Origin: an uncultured virus (IMG/VR IMGVR_UViG_3300001344_000002)
Lineage: Duplodnaviria; Heunggongvirae; Uroviricota; Caudoviricetes
DNA: 64,000 nt
IMG/VR virus record: IMGVR_UViG_3300001344_000002
Direction: 5' to 3' (one strand)
The position numbers and the translations under genes were made by a program. The notes under the pieces were generated by a model that was given only the letters and a program-made list of their open reading frames with translations, ran no database searches and was not told where the DNA came from. Positions 18,264-26,813 of the stretch are shown piece by piece (the first letter of the stretch is position 1; every line of letters starts with the position of its first letter).

Positions 18264-19433
18264 ATGAAAAAAAGATTTAAATTAGAATTTAATATGTATC
18301 CTGAAGGTACTGGTAATTGGGATAAAAATCAGTTATCAGGTGTGGCTGTAAAATGGAGTGAACAGGAATGTCAATATTTATATAGCAATTATAAGTATCA
18401 AATTGAAGAAGAAGACTTTAAATTGTTAGGATTGCCTATACCTGATAATGTAGACAATATAGATTTACAAGACAAAAAGATATATAGGTTTCCTAAATTA
18501 ACTCTACCTAGACAAAAGGTAGATTTATTAAAGGAAAGATATAACTGCAAGGTTATTAGAGATAATACAAAAGCAGACATATCTATTGTATCCTTAAAAT
18601 TATTTGATACTCTTTTTGAAAGAACATGGAATAAATCTATAGCATATAGTGATGCCTATAAGATAATTAAGCATATGAAAGACTTTGATTGGTTTACTGA
18701 TGAAGCTTTAGATGTACTTAGAGGTTTTCTTAGTAATGCTACTCCTGCATGTATGATTGAATTTCGTCTGAACCAAGGTTATTATAGTATCAATCATAAA
18801 AGTAAAAATATAAGAGAACAGATGTATGATGATCTAGTTAAATGGATGAAAAAAGAAGAGCTCAATGATTATGATAGTGGATTTGATTGGATCTTACCAA
18901 AGAAAAACTATGTAGCTTTTAATAATTTATTAAGCTCTACTAGTCAACTAGTTCTAGATTCATCAATATCAGCTATAATTGATTCTGAGCTAGCCGTAAT
19001 TGAAAATGATAAGTATGATGACATTGAAAAGATGATAACTAGTACAGATATAGATAATAGATCTTTAGCTGTGGAGATGTTGGCTAACTGTAACATAGAA
19101 AAATCATTTGATGTGGTATCAGGTTTATATTTTTGGCATTATGATTGGTTCAAAAATACTAATAACTGGAATTCAGTCAATGTCAAAGCAATGCGTACTA
19201 GATTAAAACATTATGAAGGTAATCATAACAGTAATGGTATATGGTCATTTAATAGTTATCTGAATACATTAATGAATGATAGAAAATTAACAAGGTTTGC
19301 AGTAGACAGAACAAGAGAAAAACTCATGAATACTCTAATGGACCCTATGGTTGGTAAAAGTGCTCAAGTATTTAAAGTTGACTTAGAAAATTTGTATATT
19401 GCAGATAAATTAGAAAAAATGATAAATGAATAG
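18264..19433 (+). CDS. hypothetical protein, paralogue of the previous ORF
   Basis: Shares blocks with 17228..18259. Confidence 0.7.
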   Translation: MKKRFKLEFNMYPEGTGNWDKNQLSGVAVKWSEQECQYLYSNYKYQIEEEDFKLLGLPIPDNVDNIDLQDKKIYRFPKLTLPRQKVDLLKERYNCKVIRDNTKADISIVSLKLFDTLFERTWNKSIAYSDAYKIIKHMKDFDWFTDEALDVLRGFLSNATPACMIEFRLNQGYYSINHKSKNIREQMYDDLVKWMKKEELNDYDSGFDWILPKKNYVAFNNLLSSTSQLVLDSSISAIIDSELAVIENDKYDDIEKMITSTDIDNRSLAVEMLANCNIEKSFDVVSGLYFWHYDWFKNTNNWNSVNVKAMRTRLKHYEGNHNSNGIWSFNSYLNTLMNDRKLTRFAVDRTREKLMNTLMDPMVGKSAQVFKVDLENLYIADKLEKMINE

Positions 19434-20421
19434 AAATTATCAAAAAGAAGAGGAGTTTTATGCAGATAAAGAATTCTGCTTTAGCTACTCTTCTTTAAAT
19501 AAATTATTATTTTCACCGTCCCTGTTCTACAAGGACTATATATTAAAAGATAGAGAGGTAAGAACGGATAAACATTTAGTAGAAGGCAAGCTTTTACATT
19601 GTTTGTTATTTGAGCCTGAAAATTTTGAGAGCAAGTTTAACCTTATGCCTGGTAAAATCCCAACAGATTCTGTAAAAAGAGTGCTGAAAGATTTAACACT
19701 TCATACAGATGCGGAAACACTTGCAGATTGTGAAGACTTTGTTATACTAGACTCGTTAAAGTCAGTCAATCTATATCAGTCTTTGAAAGCTGATGAAGCT
19801 AGACTTGCTAAAGTAAGAACTGATGACAATGAGTCTTATTGGAAATTCTTAAATAATACTAACAAAGATACAATTGATCAAATGACATTAGATAGGTCAA
19901 ATGATCAGGTTGATATATTAAAGGATAAGAAAGATGTAATGGCATTGTTTAGCAATGAGTCAACAGACTTTGAGTTAGATGATTATGAAACACATGCAGA
20001 ACAATACTTAAGCTGTAAGTTAAAAGGGATGCCTTTTGGTTTACATGGTTATATAGATTTCTATAGCATAGATCATAAAGAAAAGAGCATTGTTATATCA
20101 GACTTAAAGACAACCGGAAAGACTATATCTGATTTTAAAGAGACTGTTGACTTTTATAACTACTGGTTACAGGCAGCTATATATTGTAAGTTAGTTTGGG
20201 ACTCTATGGATTCTATAGAGAACCGTGATGATTATACTATAGAATTTAAATTTGTTGTTATAGACAAATATAACCAAGCTTATGTGTTTGATGTAACTCA
20301 GGATACATTAAGTGGATGGGCGGAAGGATTAGGTGGTGTTTTAAAAGCAGCAGATTACCATTATAAAGAAAGAAACTATGTTTTACCCTATGAATTCTTA
20401 GTAAATAAGGTTAACTTATAG
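19426..20421 (+). CDS. PD-(D/E)XK exonuclease (RecE/Cas4-like)
   Basis: SYSSL, GKLLH, GYID...DLKTT and YWLQAAIY motifs. Confidence 0.85.
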   Translation: MNRNYQKEEEFYADKEFCFSYSSLNKLLFSPSLFYKDYILKDREVRTDKHLVEGKLLHCLLFEPENFESKFNLMPGKIPTDSVKRVLKDLTLHTDAETLADCEDFVILDSLKSVNLYQSLKADEARLAKVRTDDNESYWKFLNNTNKDTIDQMTLDRSNDQVDILKDKKDVMALFSNESTDFELDDYETHAEQYLSCKLKGMPFGLHGYIDFYSIDHKEKSIVISDLKTTGKTISDFKETVDFYNYWLQAAIYCKLVWDSMDSIENRDDYTIEFKFVVIDKYNQAYVFDVTQDTLSGWAEGLGGVLKAADYHYKERNYVLPYEFLVNKVNL

Positions 20422-20422
20422 T

Positions 20423-21010
20423 ATGGGAGTATACACAGATTATTTTCAAAAGAGTAAGGTCTTTCTATATCCATTATTGGAGTTAAGGAAAGGCTTAACA
20501 CATGTTCCAAAGCAAACTTATTCTGCTTGGGAGGATGTGTACTCTGTTGAAGATAGAATGTTTTTATGTTTATATAAAACTCCACTGAATGAAAGCTTTC
20601 AGAAATTTATTACTGAAAATATACATTCAAATAAATATTATGATCAGCACATAGAACTTGCTGAGGGTAAACATTTATTTGTTTTTGACTTTAGTTCGCT
20701 TAAGTTTGATTATGATAACTTTATTAAAGGCAGTTATTCAAAATATTCTGTTGATAGTAAAGTTAAAATACTAGATTTCTTTGGTAATGATGATAAAGTA
20801 TCAGAATATATACATTCATTTTTATCACCAGAGGATTCACATGAAGAGTATGCTAAATTTTTAGATGTTAGTGTAGAATCACTAGTAGATGTGTATGAAG
20901 TATGCACACCTCCAGATCTAGAAAAGGAGACTCTTATAGATAATAATTATCTATTAGTTAGGTTATTAGAAGATACTTGTATATCTTTGAACCAAATAAA
21001 ATCAAAATAA
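20423..21010 (+). CDS. hypothetical phage protein
   Basis: 195-aa ORF in the operon. Confidence 0.7.
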   Translation: MGVYTDYFQKSKVFLYPLLELRKGLTHVPKQTYSAWEDVYSVEDRMFLCLYKTPLNESFQKFITENIHSNKYYDQHIELAEGKHLFVFDFSSLKFDYDNFIKGSYSKYSVDSKVKILDFFGNDDKVSEYIHSFLSPEDSHEEYAKFLDVSVESLVDVYEVCTPPDLEKETLIDNNYLLVRLLEDTCISLNQIKSK

Positions 21011-21014
21011 AATT

Positions 21015-21434
21015 ATGGCAACAATAGGACAGAACATGATGTTAGTTAACTCTAGCTTCAGAAATGCAAAATCCTTTACAATGATACCTGTGAGTTTAGA
21101 CTCACCATATACAGAAGCTATGTTTGACCCTGCGTCAGGCATTTTAGCTGTCATCAGTAAAGTAATGAAACAATCATATCATATGGTACCAAAGTTAGAT
21201 GATAACGGAGACCCTATAAGATTAAAAACACCAAATCAACAGACTGGTAAAACAGTTAAAGAGGAGAGAAGATTGGTTGATACTTTTTCTGAATTTTATT
21301 TAAGTGATAAAAAAGACATTGAAACATTTATTCATATGTTTGGTGTTAACGCTGAAGACTTTGATTACAATCAGTTTATGCAAACAGATGTAAAAGAAAC
21401 TAAAGTCTCTAATATTATATTACCTGGTCAATAG
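21015..21434 (+). CDS. hypothetical protein
   Basis: ORF preceded by TATCTTTG at 20982-20989 and followed by a terminator. Confidence 0.7.
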   Translation: MATIGQNMMLVNSSFRNAKSFTMIPVSLDSPYTEAMFDPASGILAVISKVMKQSYHMVPKLDDNGDPIRLKTPNQQTGKTVKEERRLVDTFSEFYLSDKKDIETFIHMFGVNAEDFDYNQFMQTDVKETKVSNIILPGQ

Positions 21435-21462
21435 CCTCCTATAACTCTATTGATCATAAAAA

Positions 21463-21490
21463 GAAAAGCTCATTGATTTGGGCTTTTTTT
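21463..21490 (+). terminator. intrinsic terminator
   Basis: AAAAGCTCA/TGGGCTTTT stem followed by a T-tract. Confidence 0.65.
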
Positions 21491-21509
21491 GGCTCTAATA
21501 AATTATATT

Positions 21510-21788
21510 ATGAAACAATTAAAAGAAGAAGAGATAATGGATATTAATATCCTAATAGCAATGAACAAGTGTATGGGTGAGCTAGCACATGGATTGCAAT
21601 ATATACATAGTCAAGAAGTCAAGAGAAAGATCAAGCATGTGATTAAAACGGTTGACTTATATGAAAGAGAAATAGATAGAAAGTTAGAGCGTGAAGGATC
21701 TCAAGAGGCTGTAGAGAGTATCTATGATAGTATTATGGATTTAATACTAGAAGCCAAAGTAGTTGCACTTAAAAATTATAAAGCATGA
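21510..21788 (+). CDS. hypothetical protein
   Basis: ATG at 21510; ATGA overlap with polB. Confidence 0.6.
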   Translation: MKQLKEEEIMDINILIAMNKCMGELAHGLQYIHSQEVKRKIKHVIKTVDLYEREIDRKLEREGSQEAVESIYDSIMDLILEAKVVALKNYKA

Positions 21789-23776
21789 AGCATTGGGTAA
21801 TGGATTATGAAACTTTATCTAATTGTTTCACAGGTGTATTTGAACATTATAAGACAAATGAAAGTAAAACGTTTGTTGTTCATGATCTGAGAAATGATTT
21901 TGATAAGTTTATAGATTTCCTAAAAGAAAATGTAAACAATAAAGAGTGGCATATATCATACAACGGCTTGGCCTTTGATGGTCAGATCACTCAATATATA
22001 ATAGATAATCACTACCTATGGTCTAATCTAAGTGGATGTGAGATAGCTAATATAATTTATAAGTACGCACAGTACTGTATCAATAAGTCTAATAACAAAG
22101 AGTTTATGGATTACCCCATATGGAAAATGAAGATAGGTCAAATAGATTTATTTAAGTTACATCATTGGGATAACCCGGCTAAACGTTCTAGTCTTAAGTG
22201 GATACAATACAGTATGGACTGGCAGAATATATTAGAGATGCCTATAGATCATACAGCTGAGATTAAAACTCTTGAAGAGATTGATACTGTCATTGAATAT
22301 AATGTTAATGATGTTCAGTCAACTAAAGAAGTATTTAATAGGTCAAAGTCACAGATTAAACTACGTAAGGAACTAACAGATACTTATGGTATTAATCTAT
22401 ACAGTGCATCTGAACCAAGAATCAGCAAGGAACTTTTTGGATATTATCTAACACAAAAGTTGAACATTCAGAAGAGAGACTTAAGGCAGATGAGAACCAG
22501 AAGAGATAGTATAAAAATATCTGATATTATATTGCCTTATATTAAGTTTACATCTCCTGAATTCCAGACACTACATGAAAGGTTTAAATCTTTAGAGGTT
22601 GATGGATCAAAGCTTAAGGGTAACTTTAAGTATAGCGTAAACTATAAGAATGTAAAAACAGATTTTGGTTTAGGTGGTGTTCATGGTGCTGCTAGCAAAG
22701 GTGTGTATGAATCAGATGATGATATGGTTATAATGTCATCAGATGTTACTAGTTTTTATCCTAATCTAGCTATTAGAAATAAGTTTTCACCAGGTCACTT
22801 TCCTAAAGAAGAGTTTTGTAATCAATATGAGTGGTTCTTTGATGAAAGAAAAAAGATTCCTAAGAGCAATCCAATGAACTATGTATATAAGATTATACTT
22901 AATTCAACTTTTGGTCTTAGCAATGATGAAAACAGTTTCTTTTATGATCCAGAGTTATGTTTAAAGATTACTATTAACGGTCAGCTAACTTTAATGATGC
23001 TTTATGAGCAAATTATGGAAAGAATACCAAATGCAATTCCTTTATTACATAACACAGATGGTGTAGAAACAATCATTCCTAGAGAACATATAGATTTATA
23101 TATGCAAATATGTGAAGAGTGGGAGAAAACTACTAATCTAGAATTAGAACATGATGAATATCAAAAACTAGTTCTATCTGATGTAAATAATTACATAGGT
23201 GTAAATAATTTTGTAGAAGTAGATATAACAAAGTGGAGGGAGATTAAGCAGAGTCAACCTCATTATGTATTTAAAGTAGATAATGATAAGTTTAGCTTTG
23301 CTCCTGTAAAACTGAAAGGGCGTTTTGATTTCCATGATCTACAGTTGCATAAGAACAAGTCTAAACTTGTAATACCAAAAGCTATTTATGAATACTTTGT
23401 AAATAATGTATTACCTCATGATTATTTAGATACAAATAAGAATATTTTAGATTATTGTATTGGTGGTAAATCTAAAGGTGATTGGAAACAAGTGGCTAGA
23501 TCTATTGAAGGTGGTGTTCTTAAAGAAGAAGATCTACAAAAGATTAATAGATACTTTATTTCTAAGTCAGGTGTTAAAATTACAAAAGTAAATAAGAAAG
23601 ATGGTAGGGAAATACAACTAGAAGCAGGCCGCTGGTTGCAAACAGTATATAATGATATGAAAGTAGAACCTAAATGGGAAAACTATAATATTAATAAAGT
23701 TTACTACTTGCAAGCAATTGAGTCTGAGATAGATAGTATATTGTCTGTATCAGCTAATCAATTAAAGTTATTTTAA
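21785..23776 (+). CDS. polB: family B DNA polymerase
   Basis: Exonuclease motifs DYE, YNGLAFD and YNVND; polymerase motifs DVTSFYP, KIILNSTFG and NTDG. Confidence 0.95.
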   Translation: MKHWVMDYETLSNCFTGVFEHYKTNESKTFVVHDLRNDFDKFIDFLKENVNNKEWHISYNGLAFDGQITQYIIDNHYLWSNLSGCEIANIIYKYAQYCINKSNNKEFMDYPIWKMKIGQIDLFKLHHWDNPAKRSSLKWIQYSMDWQNILEMPIDHTAEIKTLEEIDTVIEYNVNDVQSTKEVFNRSKSQIKLRKELTDTYGINLYSASEPRISKELFGYYLTQKLNIQKRDLRQMRTRRDSIKISDIILPYIKFTSPEFQTLHERFKSLEVDGSKLKGNFKYSVNYKNVKTDFGLGGVHGAASKGVYESDDDMVIMSSDVTSFYPNLAIRNKFSPGHFPKEEFCNQYEWFFDERKKIPKSNPMNYVYKIILNSTFGLSNDENSFFYDPELCLKITINGQLTLMMLYEQIMERIPNAIPLLHNTDGVETIIPREHIDLYMQICEEWEKTTNLELEHDEYQKLVLSDVNNYIGVNNFVEVDITKWREIKQSQPHYVFKVDNDKFSFAPVKLKGRFDFHDLQLHKNKSKLVIPKAIYEYFVNNVLPHDYLDTNKNILDYCIGGKSKGDWKQVARSIEGGVLKEEDLQKINRYFISKSGVKITKVNKKDGREIQLEAGRWLQTVYNDMKVEPKWENYNINKVYYLQAIESEIDSILSVSANQLKLF

Positions 23777-24609
23777 TGATTAAAAAACAAAAGACTAAGA
23801 CTCTTGTAACCAAACCAAATAACAATAGTGCAAACTGCATAGCTCCAAATGTAATCTACGGGTGTTTTGGAGGCTGTGTAGACACTTATTGTTATATGTC
23901 AAGGTATAATGGTAAAAGAGTCTTTGTCAATGAAAATGTTGATGAAATATTTCAGTCTGTTGTTGAATGGGAAAAAGGTTACTTTAAGAATCCTGATCAG
24001 CAAGACCCTATATATACTATGGTAGATGTAGCGTGTAACTCAGATTTAGTTATGATGCAGAAACATATGCCAGAACCGTTGATTGATTATCTTAAACGTT
24101 ATGATGATCACCCGCAGCTTAATACTACTATGGCTACAAAGTATCCAGGTTTATTGAAGTTAGATGTAAATCATTTTAATAAACCACCAAGGGTCCGTGT
24201 TAGTCTTATGCCTCAGAAGTATTCTAATATATTAGAACCTAAGATGCAGCCAATAGAGAGCCGTATAACTGATGTTAATAGACTCAAGAAATTGGGCTGG
24301 GAAGTACATTTAAATTATAGCCCTCTTATCTTTTATCCAGGTTGGAAAGAAGAGTACAATGATTTGTTTTCTGAAGTAAATGCATATGCAGGCATAAATA
24401 AGTGTGAAGTAATAGCATTAACTAATCATAAGCATCAAATGGCCAAGGCTTCACCAGAAGCAAAAGAGTTGATGAGACGCTCAAGTGAAGTTAAGAATCA
24501 AACGGGTGTAATGAGATATCCTTTAGAGCATAAAGGTAGATTGTTACATGAATTTAAGAAAATATATCAAAAATATTTTCCTTTAGAAACAATAAGATAC
24601 ATATTTTAA
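23776..24609 (+). CDS. spore photoproduct lyase-like radical SAM enzyme
   Basis: GCFGGCVDTYCY cluster motif, ACNSD (as in SplB xCTSD), ATK and RVRVSL. Confidence 0.8.
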   Translation: MIKKQKTKTLVTKPNNNSANCIAPNVIYGCFGGCVDTYCYMSRYNGKRVFVNENVDEIFQSVVEWEKGYFKNPDQQDPIYTMVDVACNSDLVMMQKHMPEPLIDYLKRYDDHPQLNTTMATKYPGLLKLDVNHFNKPPRVRVSLMPQKYSNILEPKMQPIESRITDVNRLKKLGWEVHLNYSPLIFYPGWKEEYNDLFSEVNAYAGINKCEVIALTNHKHQMAKASPEAKELMRRSSEVKNQTGVMRYPLEHKGRLLHEFKKIYQKYFPLETIRYIF

Positions 24610-24659
24610 TTTGCTGAGTCAGATTAATTTAGTATATTTACACTAAATAAGTTTACAAT

Positions 24660-25538
24660 ATGGGATACACAAAACCAAAAGAAGTTACTAGAGCATATCT
24701 AGAAAATGAACCTTTACCAGTACACGGTAAATCTTATACAGTTATATCACACAAAGAAGTGATAGATAACGCAAAGAATCTACTTAAAACAAGTGGATTC
24801 TCTATAATTAATGAAGTATATAGATCTAATATGAATGCTAATGTAGCACAGGGGATCTATTATTTAAGGCCAACAAACCCGGATGATACTGCAATGCAGG
24901 AAGAAGAGCTGGGTATGATGTTTGCCTGGACAAACTCTTATGACAAGAGTACTAGATTTCAATGTAGTGTTGGTGCATATGTAAAAGTATGTGGTAACGG
25001 CATGGTTGCAGGTGATATGATGAATTATAATAGAAAACATACTGGTACAGCCAATATGGATACTAAGATTCATATGTCAGACCAAATAAAGAATGCTGAG
25101 AAGTATTATAAAAGGTTGATTGCTGATAAAGAATATCTTAAATCTATAAATATTACTTGTAAAGAACAGTCAGAGCTAGTAGGAAGATTGTTTATTGATG
25201 AGGATCTTCTTGACACACAGCAAACATCTATGATTAAGAAAGAGATGGACAAACCATCTTTTGATTATGGTCAGAGTAATTACAGTGCATGGGCCTTTTA
25301 TAATCATGTAACGCATGCATTAAAGAAAGCACACCCACGGGACTGGTTAAATGATCAACAGAACTTTCATGATTTTATTACAGTGGAATTGATTAACAAG
25401 AATTTGTATAATGGTGTAGAGTTAAATACAGATCCACAGTTAATAGATATAACAATGGAAGACGCAGTTGATATAGTCATTGATGAAGATATCACAAGCA
25501 AGAGACTGATTCATGAAATGTATATGGGTAGATTATGA
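24660..25538 (+). CDS. DUF932/DUF945-like protein
   Basis: NSYDKS, VCGNGM and SAWAFYNHVTHALK motifs. Confidence 0.75.
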   Translation: MGYTKPKEVTRAYLENEPLPVHGKSYTVISHKEVIDNAKNLLKTSGFSIINEVYRSNMNANVAQGIYYLRPTNPDDTAMQEEELGMMFAWTNSYDKSTRFQCSVGAYVKVCGNGMVAGDMMNYNRKHTGTANMDTKIHMSDQIKNAEKYYKRLIADKEYLKSINITCKEQSELVGRLFIDEDLLDTQQTSMIKKEMDKPSFDYGQSNYSAWAFYNHVTHALKKAHPRDWLNDQQNFHDFITVELINKNLYNGVELNTDPQLIDITMEDAVDIVIDEDITSKRLIHEMYMGRL

Positions 25539-25618
25539 GTCCTTGGCAAACAGTAACTATTATAATACTTACCATAGCCATTGGATATTTAATCTTTAAT
25601 AAAAAATTGGGTGAATAA
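25535..25618 (+). CDS. small membrane peptide (27 aa)
   Basis: MSPWQTVTIIILTIAIGYLIFNKKLGE; ATGA overlap. Confidence 0.4.
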   Translation: MSPWQTVTIIILTIAIGYLIFNKKLGE

Positions 25619-25716
25619 ATAAGGGAGGCAAAACCAACCGTACAAAGAGGCGTATGCCAATTAATAATTATTAAATGTTTTTAACCTTTGTATGGGCCTC
25701 CTCACCTATTTAATAT

Positions 25717-25938
25717 ATGAATTGGAAAGATACTTTGATGACAGAAGCAGAACAAAGAGCAAACAGCATATATGAAAGGCTGGGCCCTATTGATGGGCAT
25801 ATACATATCCTACAGTTGCAGTACTTCTGTGAAAACATGAAACATGATTTGCTCATAGATTATTGGGGTGAAGTTATGGTTATATTCATAACTATAAAGA
25901 GTTCTAGTAGTGAAGATATAAGAGATTGGTTAGCATGA
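25717..25938 (+). CDS. hypothetical protein
   Basis: 73-aa ORF. Confidence 0.5.
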   Translation: MNWKDTLMTEAEQRANSIYERLGPIDGHIHILQLQYFCENMKHDLLIDYWGEVMVIFITIKSSSSEDIRDWLA

Positions 25939-26126
25939 AAAAGTTTTTAGAATTTGCATTAATATGGTATAGTCAGCAAATGGCAATACCGTTTTGGATC
26001 GTTGGACATATACATCTAAGCGTAAATGTTTATAAAGATATGCATGAAATTATAGCAAGTCTAGGGTTGAACATGCTCGTCCTAATTGGATTTATACTTG
26101 ATTACCGTAAAAATAAAGATAAATGA
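25935..26126 (+). CDS. small membrane protein
   Basis: Hydrophobic segments; ATGA overlaps at both ends. Confidence 0.55.
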   Translation: MKKFLEFALIWYSQQMAIPFWIVGHIHLSVNVYKDMHEIIASLGLNMLVLIGFILDYRKNKDK

Positions 26127-26407
26127 AAGCAGAAGAAAGAAAAGAAAGACCAGTCTTTACTGGCGTATTAAAATATTTTCCTAAAGCTATTATGGAAATA
26201 GCTCGTGTATCATTACAAGGGAACAAACAGCATCATCCTGATAAACCATTACATTGGGATCGTAATAAGTCTACTGATGACTATGATGCATTAGCTAGGC
26301 ATCTGATTGATGCAGGTACTATAGATGATGATGGCATTCGTCATACTGCAAAAGTAGCATGGCGTGCTCTTGCGTGTTTAGAAAAAGAACTAGAAAATGA
26401 AAGATGA
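26123..26407 (+). CDS. DUF5664-like dATP/dGTP diphosphohydrolase domain protein
   Basis: FPKAIMEIARVS..G.....W....S...DALARHL.....DDDG..H.AKVAWRALA pattern. Confidence 0.7.
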   Translation: MKAEERKERPVFTGVLKYFPKAIMEIARVSLQGNKQHHPDKPLHWDRNKSTDDYDALARHLIDAGTIDDDGIRHTAKVAWRALACLEKELENER

Positions 26408-26428
26408 TTTAGTAATAATCTGGCCTTC

Positions 26429-26611
26429 TTAGTCTTTACTCTCAAAGTTACCTGATAATATACCGTACATATTACTTGTACTAGTTGGACCACCAGTTGC
26501 AAAACCTCCGTTACCTGTTGACTTATCAACTACTACTGAGCCACCAGCCTTTACTTTAGGGCTGTGTGGGCTCATTGGGTTAGTTGCTTTATTTGTTATT
26601 TGCTTTGACAT
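26429..26611 (-). CDS. small Gly/Ser-rich late protein
   Basis: Last ORF of the - strand late operon. Confidence 0.55.
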   Translation of the reverse strand: MSKQITNKATNPMSPHSPKVKAGGSVVVDKSTGNGGFATGGPTSTSNMYGILSGNFESKD

Positions 26612-26813
26612 ATTCTATTAATTTTTGATTTAACCATTCGTAATCAGGATGTTTCTTTGTTGCCATTAATCTAAAAGAAATCTCATCAGCTAATTTTTCA
26701 GCTGATACAAGATCATCTATTGTTATATGATCTTTAAAATCTCTATTTCTATTATACTGATCTACAACCCAGTCCAGTCCTTTATCATTATATGGAAGAT
26801 TTCTTATTATCAT
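26589..26813 (-). CDS. hypothetical protein (possible fibre assembly chaperone)
   Basis: Coupled to the upstream fibre gene by a 1-nt overlap. Confidence 0.55.
   Translation of the reverse strand: MIIRNLPYNDKGLDWVVDQYNRNRDFKDHITIDDLVSAEKLADEISFRLMATKKHPDYEWLNQKLIEYVKANNK

Noticed and set aside
19426..20421. Cas4 as evidence of CRISPR-Cas
   Set aside because: It lacks the four-Cys Fe-S pattern and has no array or other cas genes nearby; an ordinary phage exonuclease
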